This document shows, one piece after another, positions 63,683 to 64,000 of a DNA stretch of 64,000 nucleotides. Positions within the stretch are counted from its first letter, which is position 1. Each line of letters starts with the position of its first letter. Source of the stretch: Candidatus Fermentithermobacillaceae bacterium. GTDB lineage: Bacteria > Bacillota > Sulfobacillia > Fermentithermobacillales > DUSS01. The position numbers were made by a program, and so were the translations under genes. The notes beneath the pieces are model-generated. The model did no database searches and was not told where the DNA came from. It was given only the letters and a program-made list of their open reading frames with translations. The stretch spans positions 4,358-68,357 of the forward strand of contig JADBKE010000007.1 of NCBI GenBank assembly GCA_014896535.1. The letters run 5' to 3'.

Positions 63683-63991
63683 TCAGACCCCTTTTCCCTT
63701 GAGAAAAGCTCCGAGAGCTTTATCCGACTTACCGATATGGTTGTACCACCAGTCCACGAGAAGGCGCTGCGATTCGATGGCCAGGAGAGAACCTGGACCT
63801 TCCTGGTCGAACCTCTTCCGGAGGTCGGAAAGATTTCGCACGAACGACATGTGTTCTGCCTTATGACCGAGGCTTTGCGGGTAATCGTGCGCCTGCATGA
63901 ATTTTTCTTCGGTACCGAAATGAGTCACCACGTAATCGGCGAGAAAGCCCAAAAGCCCCGCAAGCTGCTCCTTGCCTTTCCCCTGCTTCAT
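63683..63991 (-). CDS. hemerythrin-like metal-binding domain protein (5' end probably beyond window)
   Basis: Spaced H/E residues (HFGTEEKFM..H...H...F) typical of bacteriohemerythrin. The frame stays open to the window edge. Confidence 0.5.
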   Translation of the reverse strand: MKQGKGKEQLAGLLGFLADYVVTHFGTEEKFMQAHDYPQSLGHKAEHMSFVRNLSDLRKRFDQEGPGSLLAIESQRLLVDWWYNHIGKSDKALGAFLKGKGV

Positions 63992-64000
63992 AGCGGAAAG

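Overview
This is a GC-rich (~60%) bacterial window dominated by a large CRISPR-Cas island with two effector systems and one very large array. The right-hand end of the window is ordinary chromosomal genes: an AI-2E family transporter, RarA, threonine aldolase and a hemerythrin-like protein.

1. Housekeeping genes (349-11650, minus strand): a TPR/SEC-C protein, a CocE/NonD hydrolase, an ECF S-component-like membrane protein, a DUF2148-like protein, an M20 amidohydrolase, an AcrB-type RND pump with an apparent 3' frameshift, and a MarR regulator.

2. Type III-B module (12.4-22.1 kb, minus strand): cas10/cmr2 without an HD domain but with the GGDD cyclase motif, then cmr3, cmr1, cmr4, cmr5, cmr6 and a CARF-HEPN Csx1. 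Next to it are two small accessory genes, a two-TM + CARF (Cam1-like) membrane protein and a ~139 aa PD-(D/E)xK nuclease-fold protein. I flag this pair as the best candidate for an undescribed cyclic-oligoadenylate effector pair.

3. Orphan leader: an IS21 IstB C-terminal remnant (11894-12049) and a ~300 bp element (12061-12365). The element has a diverged second copy (41658-41990) sitting exactly at the leader position of the big array, so I interpret copy 1 as an orphan CRISPR leader.

4. CRISPR array (29208-41657): about 170 copies of a 37-bp repeat (CTTTCAGTCCCCTCTACATCGGGGTTCTCGCTGCAAC on the + strand). It is transcribed on the minus strand, giving a GAAAG 3' end and an 8-nt tag ACUGAAAG.

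5. IS insertion in the array's trailer end: two degenerate terminal repeats (23124-23234) are split from the main array by a ~5.9 kb nest of decayed Mu-like IS copies (23276-29140). Each copy carries a zinc-ribbon ORF, a DDE transposase and a TniB-like AAA ATPase.

6. Type I system (42.1-52.6 kb, minus strand), read 5' to 3': cas3 (helicase with C-terminal HD), cas8-like large subunit, cas7 (Csa2-like), cas5, an unexpected cas3 C-terminal fragment, cas1, cas2, cas4 and a Cas4-like/Csa1 nuclease. No Cas6 is detectable anywhere in the window.

7. Upstream of cas3 on the same strand (53.2-59.0 kb): a NurA-like/HerA pair, an 8-bp microsatellite of about 23 units, an ImmA/IrrE metallopeptidase, an HTH protein and an ECF-like sigma factor.
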